Shown piece after piece: positions 43,691 through 57,030 of a stretch of 64,000 nucleotides of DNA. The position numbers and the translations under genes were made by a program. The DNA is from the human T2T-CHM13v2.0 reference genome, Homo sapiens. Numbering within the stretch: the stretch's first letter is position 1; every line of letters starts with the position of its first letter. The stretch lies in the NCBI RefSeq assembly GCF_009914755.1, contig NC_060926.1; one strand, 5' to 3'. A model generated the notes under the pieces. It searched no databases and was not told where the DNA came from. It worked only from the letters and a program-made list of their open reading frames with translations.

Positions 43691-45084
43691 TCACTTTCCC
43701 ATTTCTATGATCCTGCCTTATAATCAGTTATGTGCAGGGAAAAATCAAAGAAATTTCAACAGAATTAATATAATCTAAATTATTGAGAATTTATCAATTT
43801 TCCTTGTTTCTCCTTTCTTATGTCTCTTAGCAATAGAGAGAAATGAGAAGTTGTGTACCTTTTAAAAAATAAATGTGTCAGAAGAAAGAATCTCCTAGAA
43901 ATAATGAGAAGTTTATGGAACTTTTTCTCTTTTGATCTTTAAAAAGAACACAAGGCCAAGTCACTGGGGAAAAAAAAAAATTCTATGAAACAGGTCCCCT
44001 GGGCTGTGAATCCATGGCCCCAGGCTATTTGTAATAAAGCATATAAAGTGTATAGGTTGCTCTGGTCTTTGAAGGTCTTTCAAAGATGAAATAATTCCAT
44101 GACTTTTGACATTTGAGAATCTTTATGGGTGTGAAAGGGACCTAATTGAACAAGTGGGCTAAGCTGCCAGGAACAGAGATGGAGTAGCCATATTTTAACC
44201 AAGCATTGTAATATGGTCAATGGCAGCCATTAATTTATTTCTGCCAAGACAGATGGCCTTCTCCTTGATACCAATGGGGAAAAAATAATTAAGAAAATCT
44301 AGAGCCAGAATGGAAAAGATAGCTGTCTTTTGACAAGGTGATTCTTCAGTTTGCAATTAACAACTGATAAAATGCTATGCATGTTAACTTTGGGGAAGAA
44401 TAGCTAGTCATTTGAAATACTAATCTCACTTTCTTTTCAAACTACCTTTTACTGGTATCTGCCCTTTCTGTCCCATCCTGTAAGTAGGCCATACATTTTA
44501 TGGAAAACAATTTAAAAGAACATCAGTAGATATCAGCTATAATTCTAGAAACCTTTGTGCGGTCTTTGGTTTTACATATATGGTTTCAGAAGCAAATCCA
44601 ATGGGCATTGTTAAGAGTCACATGGTTTAGCTTCCGGGTGTTAGAAAGCAAACTTCCACTCTTGTGCCCTACAGACACTCTCTTCACTGGAGTTCTCAAA
44701 ATATATGATCCCTGGCCAGCAAATTATTATGTTTTTAAAATTATACTAGCTGCCATACATATCAAGGATGGCTTTTCATGGGGCAAAACGGAATCATTTA
44801 AGAATTACATCAGATCACAGCAGTAGCAAGTTATTCACAACTACCTTGAGCTGACTAGCAATTTTTTTGTAGCTTGGAGGTAAATGACTTTTTGTTGAAA
44901 TTGAGGATAATAAATTCTAGCTCTCATTTTAGTAATGAAAAGCAGCTCTTCGTCTCCTCATCTTCAAGAATGTGCAGAGAACTAATCTCCCCTCAAAGGT
45001 CCTTTCCTCTGGCCAGACTAAGTTTTACCAAAAGAACACATGGTATTTCAAACATTGGAAGACTTAGCCTTCTTTTCTTCCTCC

Positions 45085-45450
45085 TCTCTTTCCATTCCAC
45101 AAATATTTATTAAGACTTCATTTTGCCTTAAGTTGGATCCTCTGTAATTGCCATAATATTCTATTATTTTGACTTACAACAGTGGCTCTGGATACCCCCT
45201 GACAATGCATAAGAAAGAGGAGACGAGTAAGATACACAATCTGTCTGTAAAGATCTTATAAACAAGTTGACAAGCCAAGAATGAGGTAATGAATGCCCTA
45301 TAACAATAATCCTTGATGCACCTAACTTGGGTGGCATTAAATAATAAAGGTAATAAGAGTTCAGAGATGGCAAAAATCCCTAGTACAAGAGTAAGCAGTG
45401 ATTTCTTTTTGAATGAAGAGATGAATATAAATCTTAAAAGTACATTTGGA
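45085..45450 (-). mobile_element. L2 fragment
   Basis: ccattccacaaatatttattaag...gtaagatacacaatctgtctgtaaagatctta...aagagttcagagatgg. Confidence 0.55.
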
Positions 45451-46560
45451 AAACAAGACATTGTATCACTGAAGCATTCTGTTTCTTATGCTTATTGCAC
45501 CTGTGTTTTCTTCCTCATCTCAGCAGCCAGCTCACATCCTCAGAAGTTATATTGTTTCCACACTTCTCATGCAACACTGCAAAAATGGTTTTACTTAGGT
45601 ACTATTCTAGTCACCTGCTTCATACAAGCCACTCTAGCTGTTCATACATCTTTTCAATCAGATTATAATATTTACCTATGACATTTTTTAACCATTGTCA
45701 ATTCCATTAATTCTATTTACCTGTGAATGAAATCACTAAGACCATTAGATCAAATGGATTCCTTGTTATCTCCTACAACCACATTCTTTTACCCCATGGA
45801 AAAAAAAACACTTATTAAAGTATATATACAGCTATAAATATGTCAGAATATAGCAACATAAAAATGACCAACTGGGTCAGACACAGCACCTATCTTTGAC
45901 TTGTCATTCTGGAAGTGAGCAGATTTTTTTTTTTTTTTGTACCCACACACCTGAAGATCATGACTAATTCCCCTCATTAACAAGAACTCCTTCAGGCAAT
46001 GTTTCTAAGGGGGATAAGGTGGAGTGGGCTCTCTTGCTTAGAGGAATATAGGATGCTCCACTGGGAAGAGAAATACATAATTCAAAGAAGACCTTCAGGT
46101 AATTTTGATATTTTATTCACTCCATCTTCAGGTCCACACCACAGAAAATTATTACTCTACTGTACATATTTCTTCTTGATATCAAGCTCAGTGAGTACCA
46201 AAATATGTTCTCTTATCAATCTGTTATCTGAGAATGTATCTATATAATTTAAGGTTATCCATATTTCATAATACTGGTGTTCAAATGTCCTCCCAAATTT
46301 GCCAGCTGTTAAGTAAAGTAGCACAGCACCCATGACACTTAACCATGCTAGATTATCCATCTTTGTACCCGTATCTCTCCACCCACATTGTCAACTCCTA
46401 TCTTTCCTGTCTTTACATTTCCAGCACCTGGGACAGAGCCTGGACTTTAAAGTTATATAGAACCACATTAAATTGCCATTTTTTGCCACTTAACTGTGGT
46501 TGCATAGTAGCAATTTCATAAGGTTCAACCTAATAATTGTAAGCCATGACTAATGAATAG

Positions 46561-46843
<283 letters not shown>

Positions 46844-46904
46844 GGATCTAAACATTCTTTAGGGCTTCAGGGAAAGGAAATGGGGGAGGGGAGGGAACTA
46901 AGAT

Positions 46905-47012
46905 TTACTGAGATTTTGATGCAGTAGGTCTGGGATGGGACCCAGGAAGCAGCATTTTAACTAGTATTGCAGATGATCTTATGCAGATGACCCACGGACC
47001 ATGTTGTGACAA
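46905..47012. mobile_element. MER5 fragment
   Basis: gcagtaggtctgggatgggacccaggaagcagcattttaac...cagatgatcttatgcag. Confidence 0.7.
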
Positions 47013-48764
47013 ATGATGCCTTTAGGGACACAAAGGGATAGGATAAGCTTCTGGTCAGTTAGAAGGCAGCAGGAGACAAGGCTACTCCCAACTCCTCCTT
47101 TTCATGCAAATCATCTTCATCCCATCCAGAGTAGGCTGTGTGAGCCAGAGTCAGAGAGGCCTGGGCAGTTTGCATGGCTGTCCTTAGCAGGTCTTATACT
47201 AGTATGCTTTTTTTCCAGAGGTATTTTGTTCTTTGGAAAGTCCCTAGCATCTTTGTGCCTACCAATTAACAATACCCCCTCCAGCCACCATCTGCACTGT
47301 GTATATGCAAGGTGGAGTCATTCAGCTCTTGCATTCCCAAGTAATCCTCTTTTAGGAAAAGGGTTCTCTAATGTGCTCAGAGACAAAAGCACCCAGAGGT
47401 CACTGTGTTCTTTGTTCAAGTGGCTGCAATGTCTGAAAACACAAGGGACTTCTTGACAGATTTCACAGTGTTGTGATTAATTAGTGCCCACACTTGACAG
47501 GCTAGGAGGACACCAGAATGATCCCTGCAGGATGGTGCAACATCTCTCCATGTCACAGCAGTGAGGGACAGGTGAATGATGATTTCTACAACTAGATGGG
47601 AGGTAGTGTAGAGTGGGCTGCAGGCTCGTCAGATCTCAACTTGCTTGATCCCACCTTCTAAGGTATACTAAAGGTGAAGGCTTATTCATTGAAAATCAGA
47701 GACACAAATCCTCCAAGGCAATGCATCACAGATTGTGTGGTACACTGATGGACATGCTGTGTTAATGACTGCATTTGTTACAGTTTGCACAGTGCATCCT
47801 GCTAGGCAGTGCTCATAAGGGACAGCACATTAAACTTATCATGTTATGTCACTGAACATATCATGCAATGTGATGTAGTATCAGCATACTATTCATTGCA
47901 TATGTTTCCCAGGGTTTCCAGATTAATAGCTATCTTGAAGAATATAAAAAAAATTCATAGGTTTAATATACACATATACATGAAGGTAAGAAACATGTTA
48001 GTAGCAAAAAATGACAAATAGATTACCTACAAAAAGAAACACATGTATCTGCACATGTTTAAAAAAAAAAAGAATAAAACCTGTGCTCAGAGCAGAGGAT
48101 TATCACAGAGGCCAGTAGTATAAGGCAAATATAAAAGGGCAAAAATTAAAAAAAAATTCTACTCTTCAAAAAATTTTATTTTTTATGTCTAAAACTGAGA
48201 TGGGACTATCAAAATCTGAATTTCATCCATCCATGCATCCATCCATCCATTCAACCATCCATTTACCACCCAATACATATTGATTGAATGCAAACTATGT
48301 CCAGATACTGCCATAGACAGGATGTAATCATATGTAAAGGACATCCCAAGTTCCCTGTACTCACGGAGGTTAAATTCTACTGTGGGAGTCAGACCCAAAC
48401 ATACAAGTTTAAATCTGAATTCACGTCGCCATAAGCAGTGGTATAAATGTTGAACAAGCTTGGGAGTCGGAAGGATGTGATTTGTAGCTTTTGCCATAGT
48501 GTAAGTGCACCCATCCTGGACAATTTCAGTCTAACAATGTGATGTCACTGGATGAGGAGTTGGAAAGAGATGTGTACAGTTAACTCTCTGGAGCAGTATG
48601 AGCCAGCCCCAGCTCACCCTTGAATGTGATGTGAAGAAGCAAAGTTGGGTAAGGGGCCAGAGACTGCGGGGAATGGTGGATCTTTTAGGCAGGTGTCAGT
48701 CATTCTTTGATTAGTGACATTTGAACAGAGACCTGAATAAAGAGAAAAGAAGTAATAAAAATAT

Positions 48765-49279
<515 letters not shown>

Positions 49280-49814
49280 TTAGATTTGGGATACATTTGT
49301 GAGGTAGACTTACTTGAAGTCACCAATGGATTGGATGTGAAGAGGGTAACTGAGGAGTCAAAGGCAATCTCGAGAAAGACTCTTAGTTAGCTTTTGCTGA
49401 TAATATATACCACCATTAGATGCAATGGGGAAGACCAAGGCAAAAGTTTGTGTAGAGGAAAAATCAAAAGCTCTGTTTGGGTCATTTTAGGTTAGAATTA
49501 TTGACAGACATGTGGAGATGTCAAGCAGGTAGCGGGATATGCAAAAGTCTAAAGGTCAGAGGAAGTCAGGGATGAAGATATATGAAGATATGAATTTGGA
49601 AGTCATCCAAATATCGATTTCAGTGACTATGCCCTCAGTGCGTCATTTGAGAACCAATGCCTTAGAGAATAATGACAGAGATTCAGCCTTTAAGGGGCCC
49701 CTGGGGAGGAGGCAACCTTTTATAGAAAGAGGTGTGAATCATTGCCCCAAAATATCTCCTGTTAAGCTCTCCCTATTTCTGAAGGTACAGCCTTTAAAAG
49801 ATAACCCATTTTCA

Positions 49815-49991
49815 CCACCCGGGAAATGAGGAGCACCTCTGCCCAGCCACCCCATTGTCTGGGAAGTGAGGAGCGCCTTTGCCCAGCTGCTGTGCAACCC
49901 TCCAAGTGTGAAGTGACAGCCTTGTGTGTGATCTTTCTGCCCTCCCCAAGTTTGCGTTTTTGACATTAAAGTTTACTTTTAAATTAAAAAA
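49815..49991 (+). mobile_element. SVA2 retroposon (SVA-type VNTR, unique 3' sequence, poly A), 5'-truncated, with TSD
   Basis: VNTR units gggaaatgaggagcacctctgcccagcc... (49821-49860) and gggaagtgaggagcgcctttgcccagc; 3' tgtgcaaccctccaagtgtgaagtgacagccttgtgtgtgatc...gacATTAAAgtttac then A tail; TSD aaaagataacccattttca 49796-49814 / aaaagatactccattttca 49992-50010; no SINE-R. Confidence 0.88.
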
Positions 49992-50117
49992 AAAAGATAC
50001 TCCATTTTCATCATAGTCCTGTTAAAATCCATGTTAATACTTACTAACAAACTAATAGAGATTTCCCACCTGTCAACTTGACTAGAGAACTGGGTATTTG
50101 ATGTTCAGAATATGGAG

Positions 50118-50250
50118 CAATGGTTCTTAACCCTCGGTACACATTATAATCACCAAGTAGAGTTGAAATATGCTGACACCTGAGGCCCATCCCAATGATT
50201 CTAGTTTAATTGTTGTGCAGTGGTGAAAAGTATGGATTTCTTTTAAGGTG
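50118..50250. mobile_element. MER5B-like fragment
   Basis: caatggttcttaaccctcgg...acattataatcacc...gcccatcccaatgattctagtttaattg. Confidence 0.6.
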
Positions 50251-51729
50251 TAAACTGGACAAGGGACAGGAAAGGTGGTGATGGAACCAAAGAGCTGAAG
50301 GTCTCAATAATGTTGAGGATACTTGCCAAATCCTCTAGTAAGAGAGGAGTTGTGATCTGCTTGTGGGGTGATTTCATTGTGACTTTGTAGGTGGTTCAAG
50401 ATGTAATATGGGAGTGGAGATGGAGTAACGCAAAAGATCACTGGGGATAAAGGAAGTGCAGTTACTGAAGGCCAGGGTGTTGGGAAATTCCTAGGAGGTT
50501 TGGGGTATGAGGTATGATAGCAGGCACAGAGATGGAAGATGACTGAGCCAAAGAACCAGGAGTCAAAGTCTTCAATGACTGAGGAGACTAGAAGAACAAT
50601 TATTTGAGGACAGCAAGAAGCAGCAGCAGGAAGTGTTTATTCAGGACTGAACCTGAAAGTTTCATATCCAATCAATGAGAGACTTCTGGTAGGTTTCCCT
50701 ATCAATTATATTCTAAATCTGACAATTTCTCATCACTTCCACCACTCCACCCCACTCTAAGCAACGTTTGCCTCTTACCTAACCATGGAGAAGGAATAAA
50801 ATGACCCAAATATGGTAGTAGAAAGCAGGGACAATACAACCCTCAAATCCAAGCCATGAATTTGCAGGAATCCAAAGAAGTGAGCAAAAACACATCTATT
50901 TGAAAGGGCTGCAGGGATGCAAAATCCTCAGAATGGGGTCTATATGCAGGGAAGGCTATTAAGTGGTATATTCCAAGAAGAGGAGAGATTGATGATGACA
51001 GACTGTGAATTTGAAAGGATTTTCAGAGGATGAGAGGGGATGAGAAATTGGGCCACATACGAGTTTGCTGAGACGTGTGAGATTAAGAGATTTGGGTACT
51101 AATGGATTTCCAGCGCTGCTTAAATTTCTGGTGTTAGCTAAGGGAAAACATGTTAGAAAAGATGTGATTAGTCTCATAGCCTCTTAGAGAACAGTCCTAG
51201 GGTGATGGTCTGAAATATTCTAATTAGCCATATGGCAGCTTCCAGGGCTGCGGGCCCCTCACAGAGCATGTGTTCGCAAAGTGGCCCACGCAAGGAGCAC
51301 TGGGTGATATGGTCATCGGACTGGGCCATGGCCCTCACGAAATACAAGGATGAGAACTTGTGAATAAATGTGTGCAACCAAGCTTCATCCATGGATGGCG
51401 ATGCAACAGGAGGGCCACTTGCCAGTAGAGTGGGAATCACCCTGGTATGCATTACTGAGTAACACATCCAGTTAATGACACTCAGCAACAGCTTGCTCAG
51501 CAGAAGACTTGAGTCATTTTAACAAATAGAAGGCTGGGTGAATTTCTGTGAGCTCTGACAAGTACAAACTGTTTTCTTAGACTCGTTGAGGACTGAGTGT
51601 TGTAGTTGCCTCATCACTGTGGTGGGCCCTGCCCTGAAAATGAACATGCTTACTGCACCAAAGGTTGACAGCCACCTGTGAAATATAAAACAACCTTACT
51701 CCCTGATTTGTGAAATTATTTATGTTAAA

Positions 51730-51880
51730 AGTTCTACAAAGCTATGTACATAGAGATAAGGCTGGAAGGAAATACTCCTAAACGTAGTAATGTTACGGAT
51801 AATGTATTTTTTTCTCTTTATTCTTTTTGGTGCTTTTCTCAACTTTCTACTATAAGGTCATAAAACTTTCAAAATTGTGT
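51730..51880 (+). mobile_element. L1ME-like 3' end fragment
   Basis: ggctggaaggaaatactcctaaac...ttttttctctttattc...ttttctcaactttctactat. Confidence 0.55.
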
Positions 51881-51911
51881 GGGGGGAGTTAATTATAAAG
51901 TATAAATATTC

Positions 51912-52241
51912 AGCCGGGCACGGTGGCTCACACCTGTAATCCCAGCACTTTGGGAGGCCAAGGCGGGCAGATCACCTGAGGTTGGAAGTTCGAGATCAGC
52001 CTGACCCACATGGAGAAACCCCATCTCTACTAAAAGTACAAAATTAGCCAGGCATGGTGGCACATTCCTTTAATCCCAGCTACTCAGGAGGCTGAGGCAG
52101 GAAAATTGCTTGAACCCAGGAGGCGGAGGCTGTGGTGAGCCAAGATTATGCCATTGCATTCTAGCCTGGGCAACAGGAGTGAAACTCCATCTCAAAAAAA
52201 TAAAATAAATTAAAATAATTAATATAATATAATATAATATA
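51912..52241 (+). mobile_element. AluSp with (AATAT)n tail, 17-bp TSD
   Basis: cagcctgacccacatggagaaacc; TSD ataaagtataaatattc at 51895-51911 and 52242-52258. Confidence 0.92.
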
Positions 52242-52289
52242 ATAAAGTATAAATATTCTACAATGGCATTGAAAAGGAAATCTGGGCTG

Positions 52290-52850
52290 TCCTAAGCCAT
52301 CCATGTTGTCTGGCTGCTGTCCTCTCCCTCCCTGTCCCCCTTTCATTCTGGCCTCCCCTCTGACCTGTATGTGTATTGGGCCCCTCTGGGAGAATTCACC
52401 AATTCTTAGCAAGTGCCTTTCCCTGAAAATTGCTTTCTGACCTACAAGGCTGGGCCCACAGCATGCACATGTCATGGCATAGCTCTGCCTTCTGACCAAA
52501 TCAGCTAAACCAGAAGATAGAGTCCTTCTTTGGTAATTTTAATTTATCACAGAGATTATAATTGGGTTTAAAATATGTTCTTGAACCAAAGTGACAAACC
52601 TTGAGCTCTGTGGCAGCTACCTTCTGCGATGGGGCAGGAGACACAGAAAACTGGCTTGCAGAAGGGACAGGATGAAATTTAGCAGGCAGAGAGAAAAGGG
52701 ATGTGGCACAGGGATAGCATTCTACCTATGAGGATCCCTGTTTTTAGACTTCTCAGAGATCTGCCATTACCGCAATATGCTTACACCACTTGCTGAGTGT
52801 CTGCCGCTCAAGTTAGCTCCTCTCACTTTAAACTAGAAAGTTCCTGTCTC
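52290..52850 (+). mobile_element. Ancient ERVL/MaLR LTR (LTR16-like)
   Basis: gtggcagctaccttctg...ggcttgcagaag...gcaggcagagagaaa...gctcaagttagct...aactagaaagttcctg; very diverged. Confidence 0.45.
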
Positions 52851-54547
52851 TCATCCCTTCTCTCCCTCCTTCCATTGCTGAATTAAAAATTTAAAAATTC
52901 TTTAATGAAGTAAAAACTCATTCAAGTTTCAAACAAGTGATCTTCAGAATATAACCACTTAATAAGCAGGGAGCAATTCAATACGTCTGTGTGTGTAGTT
53001 TTATTTGGGGAGTAGAGTTTAGAAATCATTCCAATATTATACATCACTATGCATTTGTTTTACTCATGTATCTACTGTGACAAAAACACAAAAACTGCAT
53101 TTTTGGGGTGGGAGTAGTTTTTGGAAACTATGAAGAATAAAGTTACAGCCCTACTATAGCCAACATCACCATGTTTTCACATCCCCAAAGGCCCTACTAC
53201 CCACACTGTGGCCCCCATTAGCCCACACGTCATACTACAATTTATATGCTATTGATCATGAGAAATGCAGGCCCAAAAACTACCTTGAAGCAAAAAAAAT
53301 AAAAATAAAAAATCTTTTTCTCTTGACTCCCCCCTTCTCCATGCTATAAAATATATTGCAGACAACATTTTCCTGCTGATGGTTAATAAGTGAAGGACAA
53401 TTCAATATCCAGTAAAGGTGATTTATTTTATCAAGACTGTGACCTGCTGCCCAGCTGGGAAGGATTTACAAGAAATAAGAAGACACATGACAAAGAAAAG
53501 CTGAAGTTTAGAAAATTCCCAAAGACATAAAGCAAATAAGGAAAATAAGTAAATACCAAAATATTTCTTCTTAGAGGTCTTCCAATACTGGTGTGTTCTC
53601 TCTTATGCTGAGTAATGTAAAATATGTCCTTCCAAATATAACTCTCAAGCACTTTTTTTCCCAAAAGCAGCTTACTTTGAGCACACAACCCTCTCTATCT
53701 TACACTCCTTAACAATCTAAAAATGCTGTGTCAAATCTTTTCACTGTTTTTTCTCTGCCCACAAAAAGAGGATATTTTGATCATTTTTAGGCAGTAAATT
53801 CAAGGCCTATATTCCCCCATTCTGTAGCATTTGGCTTAGGGGAATCACTATCTTGTTTCCCTAGAAGACAGAACATAAGGTGAGTGAATTTGCCTTTTCC
53901 AGCCACTACCCTGGCTGCCCTAGGAAGAAGAGAGTTTCCAGTTAACGGGAGGAAAACTGCACATTAGAAAAGGCTGCCACAGTGGGCCTGACTTCTGCTC
54001 CGCACAGCAGCACACACCTGGTTCATACTCAGCCTCTCCTTCTCCCACTTGCCTGACTGCCTGTGTTCCTGGATCAAGTGGCAAGTTTGCAGTCTTCCTT
54101 GAATTCCCCCAGCACTGTCTTCCTCGACGGCACTTGACAAAGCGGAGAAATGAATATTCTGCTTCCTAATGAGAATACACAGTTTTAAAACATCTTCTCC
54201 TTCCCTAGCACTGTGAGTTGGTGCCATTAGCTTGTCATGCTTGTTTTTTGTTTGTTCATTTATCATGGAAACTCATTTCTTCCACTTTGAAACCATTAGG
54301 TTCACATGTTTGGCATTTTACAGATCCTCTTGGCAGAACCTCTTGGGAAGCACAAAGAAATAAGTCCAGAGTAGCCCATTAGTTTTATGTCTTAAATATC
54401 TCTTCAAACAGTTCACTTCCTTCCAATGCCTCCATACTATTGTACCCTCAACTCTAGCCTGGTCTATAGAACTATCCTCTTCTCTGAATTCTGTGTTTCT
54501 GGCTGGCCTATCTCTTATCTACTTTCAGCAACCAGGGTAAACTTAAT

Positions 54548-54715
54548 TATATTTTTTTAAATTTTAAAATAATTTTAGGCTCACAAGAAGTTGTCAAATC
54601 ATGGCAGAGATTTCCGTGTACCTTTCACATAGCTTTCCCCATGATAATATTCTACATAACCACATGCATAACATTCAGGAAATGGATATTAGTCCAATCC
54701 TATCAACTAAACTCA
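54548..54715 (-). mobile_element. L1MC-like 3' end fragment
   Basis: ttttaaaataattttaggctcacaagaagttg...gtacctttcacatagctttcccc...tacataaccac. Confidence 0.65.
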
Positions 54716-54741
54716 GAGTGATCCTATAAAAATGCAAACCT

Positions 54742-55085
54742 GGCTGGGAGTGGTGGTTCATGCAAACCTGGCTGGGAGTGATGGTTCATGCCTATGGTTC
54801 CAGAACTTTGGGAGCCTGAGGTGAGAGGATCACCTGAGCCCAGGAGTTTGAGATAAGTGTGGGCAACATAGTGAGATCCCATCTCTACAAAAAAGCTTAA
54901 AAGTTAGCTGGGTGTGGTGACACACAACTGTAATCCTAGTTACTCAGGAAGCTGAGGTGGGAGGATCACTTGGACCCAGGATTTTGAGGTTAAAGTAAGC
55001 TATGATGGTACCATCACATTCCAGCCTGATCAACAAAGAAAGACCCTGTCTCTAAAAAAGAAATGAAAATATATAAATAAATAGA
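54742..55085 (+). mobile_element. AluJ with a 28-bp tandem duplication across its 5' junction
   Basis: gaggatcacctgagcccaggagtttgag, gcaacatagtgagatcccatctctac, aagctatgatgg. Confidence 0.9.
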
Positions 55086-55934
55086 TATGAAACCTGACCA
55101 TAACACCCCTCCCCTACTTTGCTAAAATGTATTATAGCTTCCCATCACTCTTAGAATAAGGACCAAAATCCTTAATCTGGTCCACAAATAGTCTGACCAG
55201 CACTTTGGTTTGGCCAAGACAGTTCTGTTTCCCACCCGCTGTCCCAATGAATTATCCCATTTTACATGTCAGCACCCTCAAAATTGTGGTAGTTTAGATA
55301 ATAAATTATGGTCATCCCACAGTGAGCTCTGGATGGTCTGGTCCTGCCTACACAGACCTGTGGCTTTTGTTTTACACCTGTCCCCTTCTCGGTCTGAGCC
55401 CCTGTGACACAGACCCCCTTTTAGTCCTCAGGATGGGAGGAGGATGCATAAAAGCCACAAGACCTTTGCACATGTTGTTGTCTCCGCTTGGAGTGAATAC
55501 TATTTCTTCCCCCTTCACACCCTCTCCCTCTCTCTCCTTCCCCCTTCACCTGTCAGCTCCTACTTGTCTTAGCTCAGAGAAATCTTCCACAGACTAGATC
55601 ACATCTCTCTATTAAATGCCCTCAAACACCCTGAGCCACATCTTTGAATTGCTTATTACAGTTGTAATTTGACATCTGTGTCTATACATGAAGAGTGAGC
55701 TAAAAGAAGGTAAGGCGGAGTATTTGTGTTTGTAGAACATCACATCCCCGGAGCCAGCATGAAGCTGGTGGACAATTACTTTATAGTTATCGACTGAATG
55801 GATGACAGCTTAGTTGATGGGTTCATAAACAACAAAAGCAAATTGGTTAATAGCTTCAGGAAAAAGGAAAAAAAAAATAAAAACCACTCACAGGGTTTTC
55901 TCTGCAGACTGGTACCCCTATGGCCCATTTAATG

Positions 55935-56190
55935 ATTTAAAAACCAAGCTTTGGAATGAGACGGGCCCAAGTGTGAAACTTGGTACTTGTAAACTGAGGA
56001 CATTTATGCCAGTAATATAACTTCTTTGAGCCTTAATTTTTTTCATCTGTAAATAGTAGTGGTAGGAGTAATGGTAATAGTGTTAATAATAAAGTCATCT
56101 ACTCTATAAAAGTCTTATGAGGGTTGAATGAGAAAATGTACCGTGCTTAACACACACATCATTAGGTAAGTGTTAGCTCTTATTACTATT
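55935..56190 (+). mobile_element. MIR
   Basis: aacttctttgagccttaatttttttcatctgtaaa...tgagggttgaatgag...taagtgttagctcttattactat. Confidence 0.7.
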
Positions 56191-56199
56191 TGGCTAAAG

Positions 56200-57030
56200 G
56201 TGTTTCAAAGACATCATTTCCTCTGTGTCTAAGATGATTTCCTTGTTTCCTAAAAGACACACAAGGAGGAGGTAATGCTCTTCACCTGGCATGGCTCTCT
56301 CCTCACCTGTGCCCCCACCCCAGGACTTCCCCATCCTCCTGTGCTATCCTCCTTGCAGCAATCCAGGCCAAACCTGGGCACCTGCCAGACCACTCTCTCT
56401 CATGCCACACATTGGATCTCAGGAAAGCATGTCTGCTTTCTCCTCAAAATATATTCAGTATCCCACCACTCCCCACCACCCCATAATCACCACCTCCAAC
56501 TGCCAGCTTATTGCAACAGCTTCCAAGTGGGCCTCTCTTCTCTAGCCTTTGTCCTTCAGAATATCCTCAAGAGGGCAGCCAAAATGATGCTGTTAAAATG
56601 TAAGTCACATCATGCCATTCCCTTCCTCAAGCCCTTCCAAGGTTTTCCATTTTCTATGAAAAAAAATGCAACTGGCCTCTGGAGGGGTGACAGGACCTGC
56701 AACCTGCCTCCTATCTTGGATCCCCCATAGCTCGTCACCTCTCTCCTTCAGGTATTCCCTCAATGGAGACCCTGTCACCATCACCCATTTAAAACCTAAA
56801 TAACCAACAACCTTCACACTCTGTATCCCCCTCCCTGTTTTATTTCTCCATAACTTTCATTACCTTCTATACATTTTCGTTATATTCTTGATAGCCCAAC
56901 TCCCTGACTAGAATGGAAGCCCCATGAGGGCAGGGATTTTTGTCTGTTCTGTCCTTGCTGTTCCTCTAGCATCTGACACTGTGCCTGACATGCATAAGTT
57001 GCTCAATAAATACATCTTGAATGAATACAC
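56200..57030 (+). mobile_element. L2a 3' region
   Basis: taaaatgtaagtcacatcatgcc...ctagaatggaagccccatgagggcagggattt...cactgtgcctgacatgcataagttgctcaataaata...tgaatgaat. Confidence 0.85.

Larger units (their letters stand above)
54385..55810 (+). mobile_element. L2 fragments interrupted by L1MC and AluJ
   Basis: cagagtgatcctataaaaatgcaaacct / gaccataacacccct...gcttcccatcactcttagaataaggaccaaaatcctta...ctttgcacatgttg. Confidence 0.7.
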
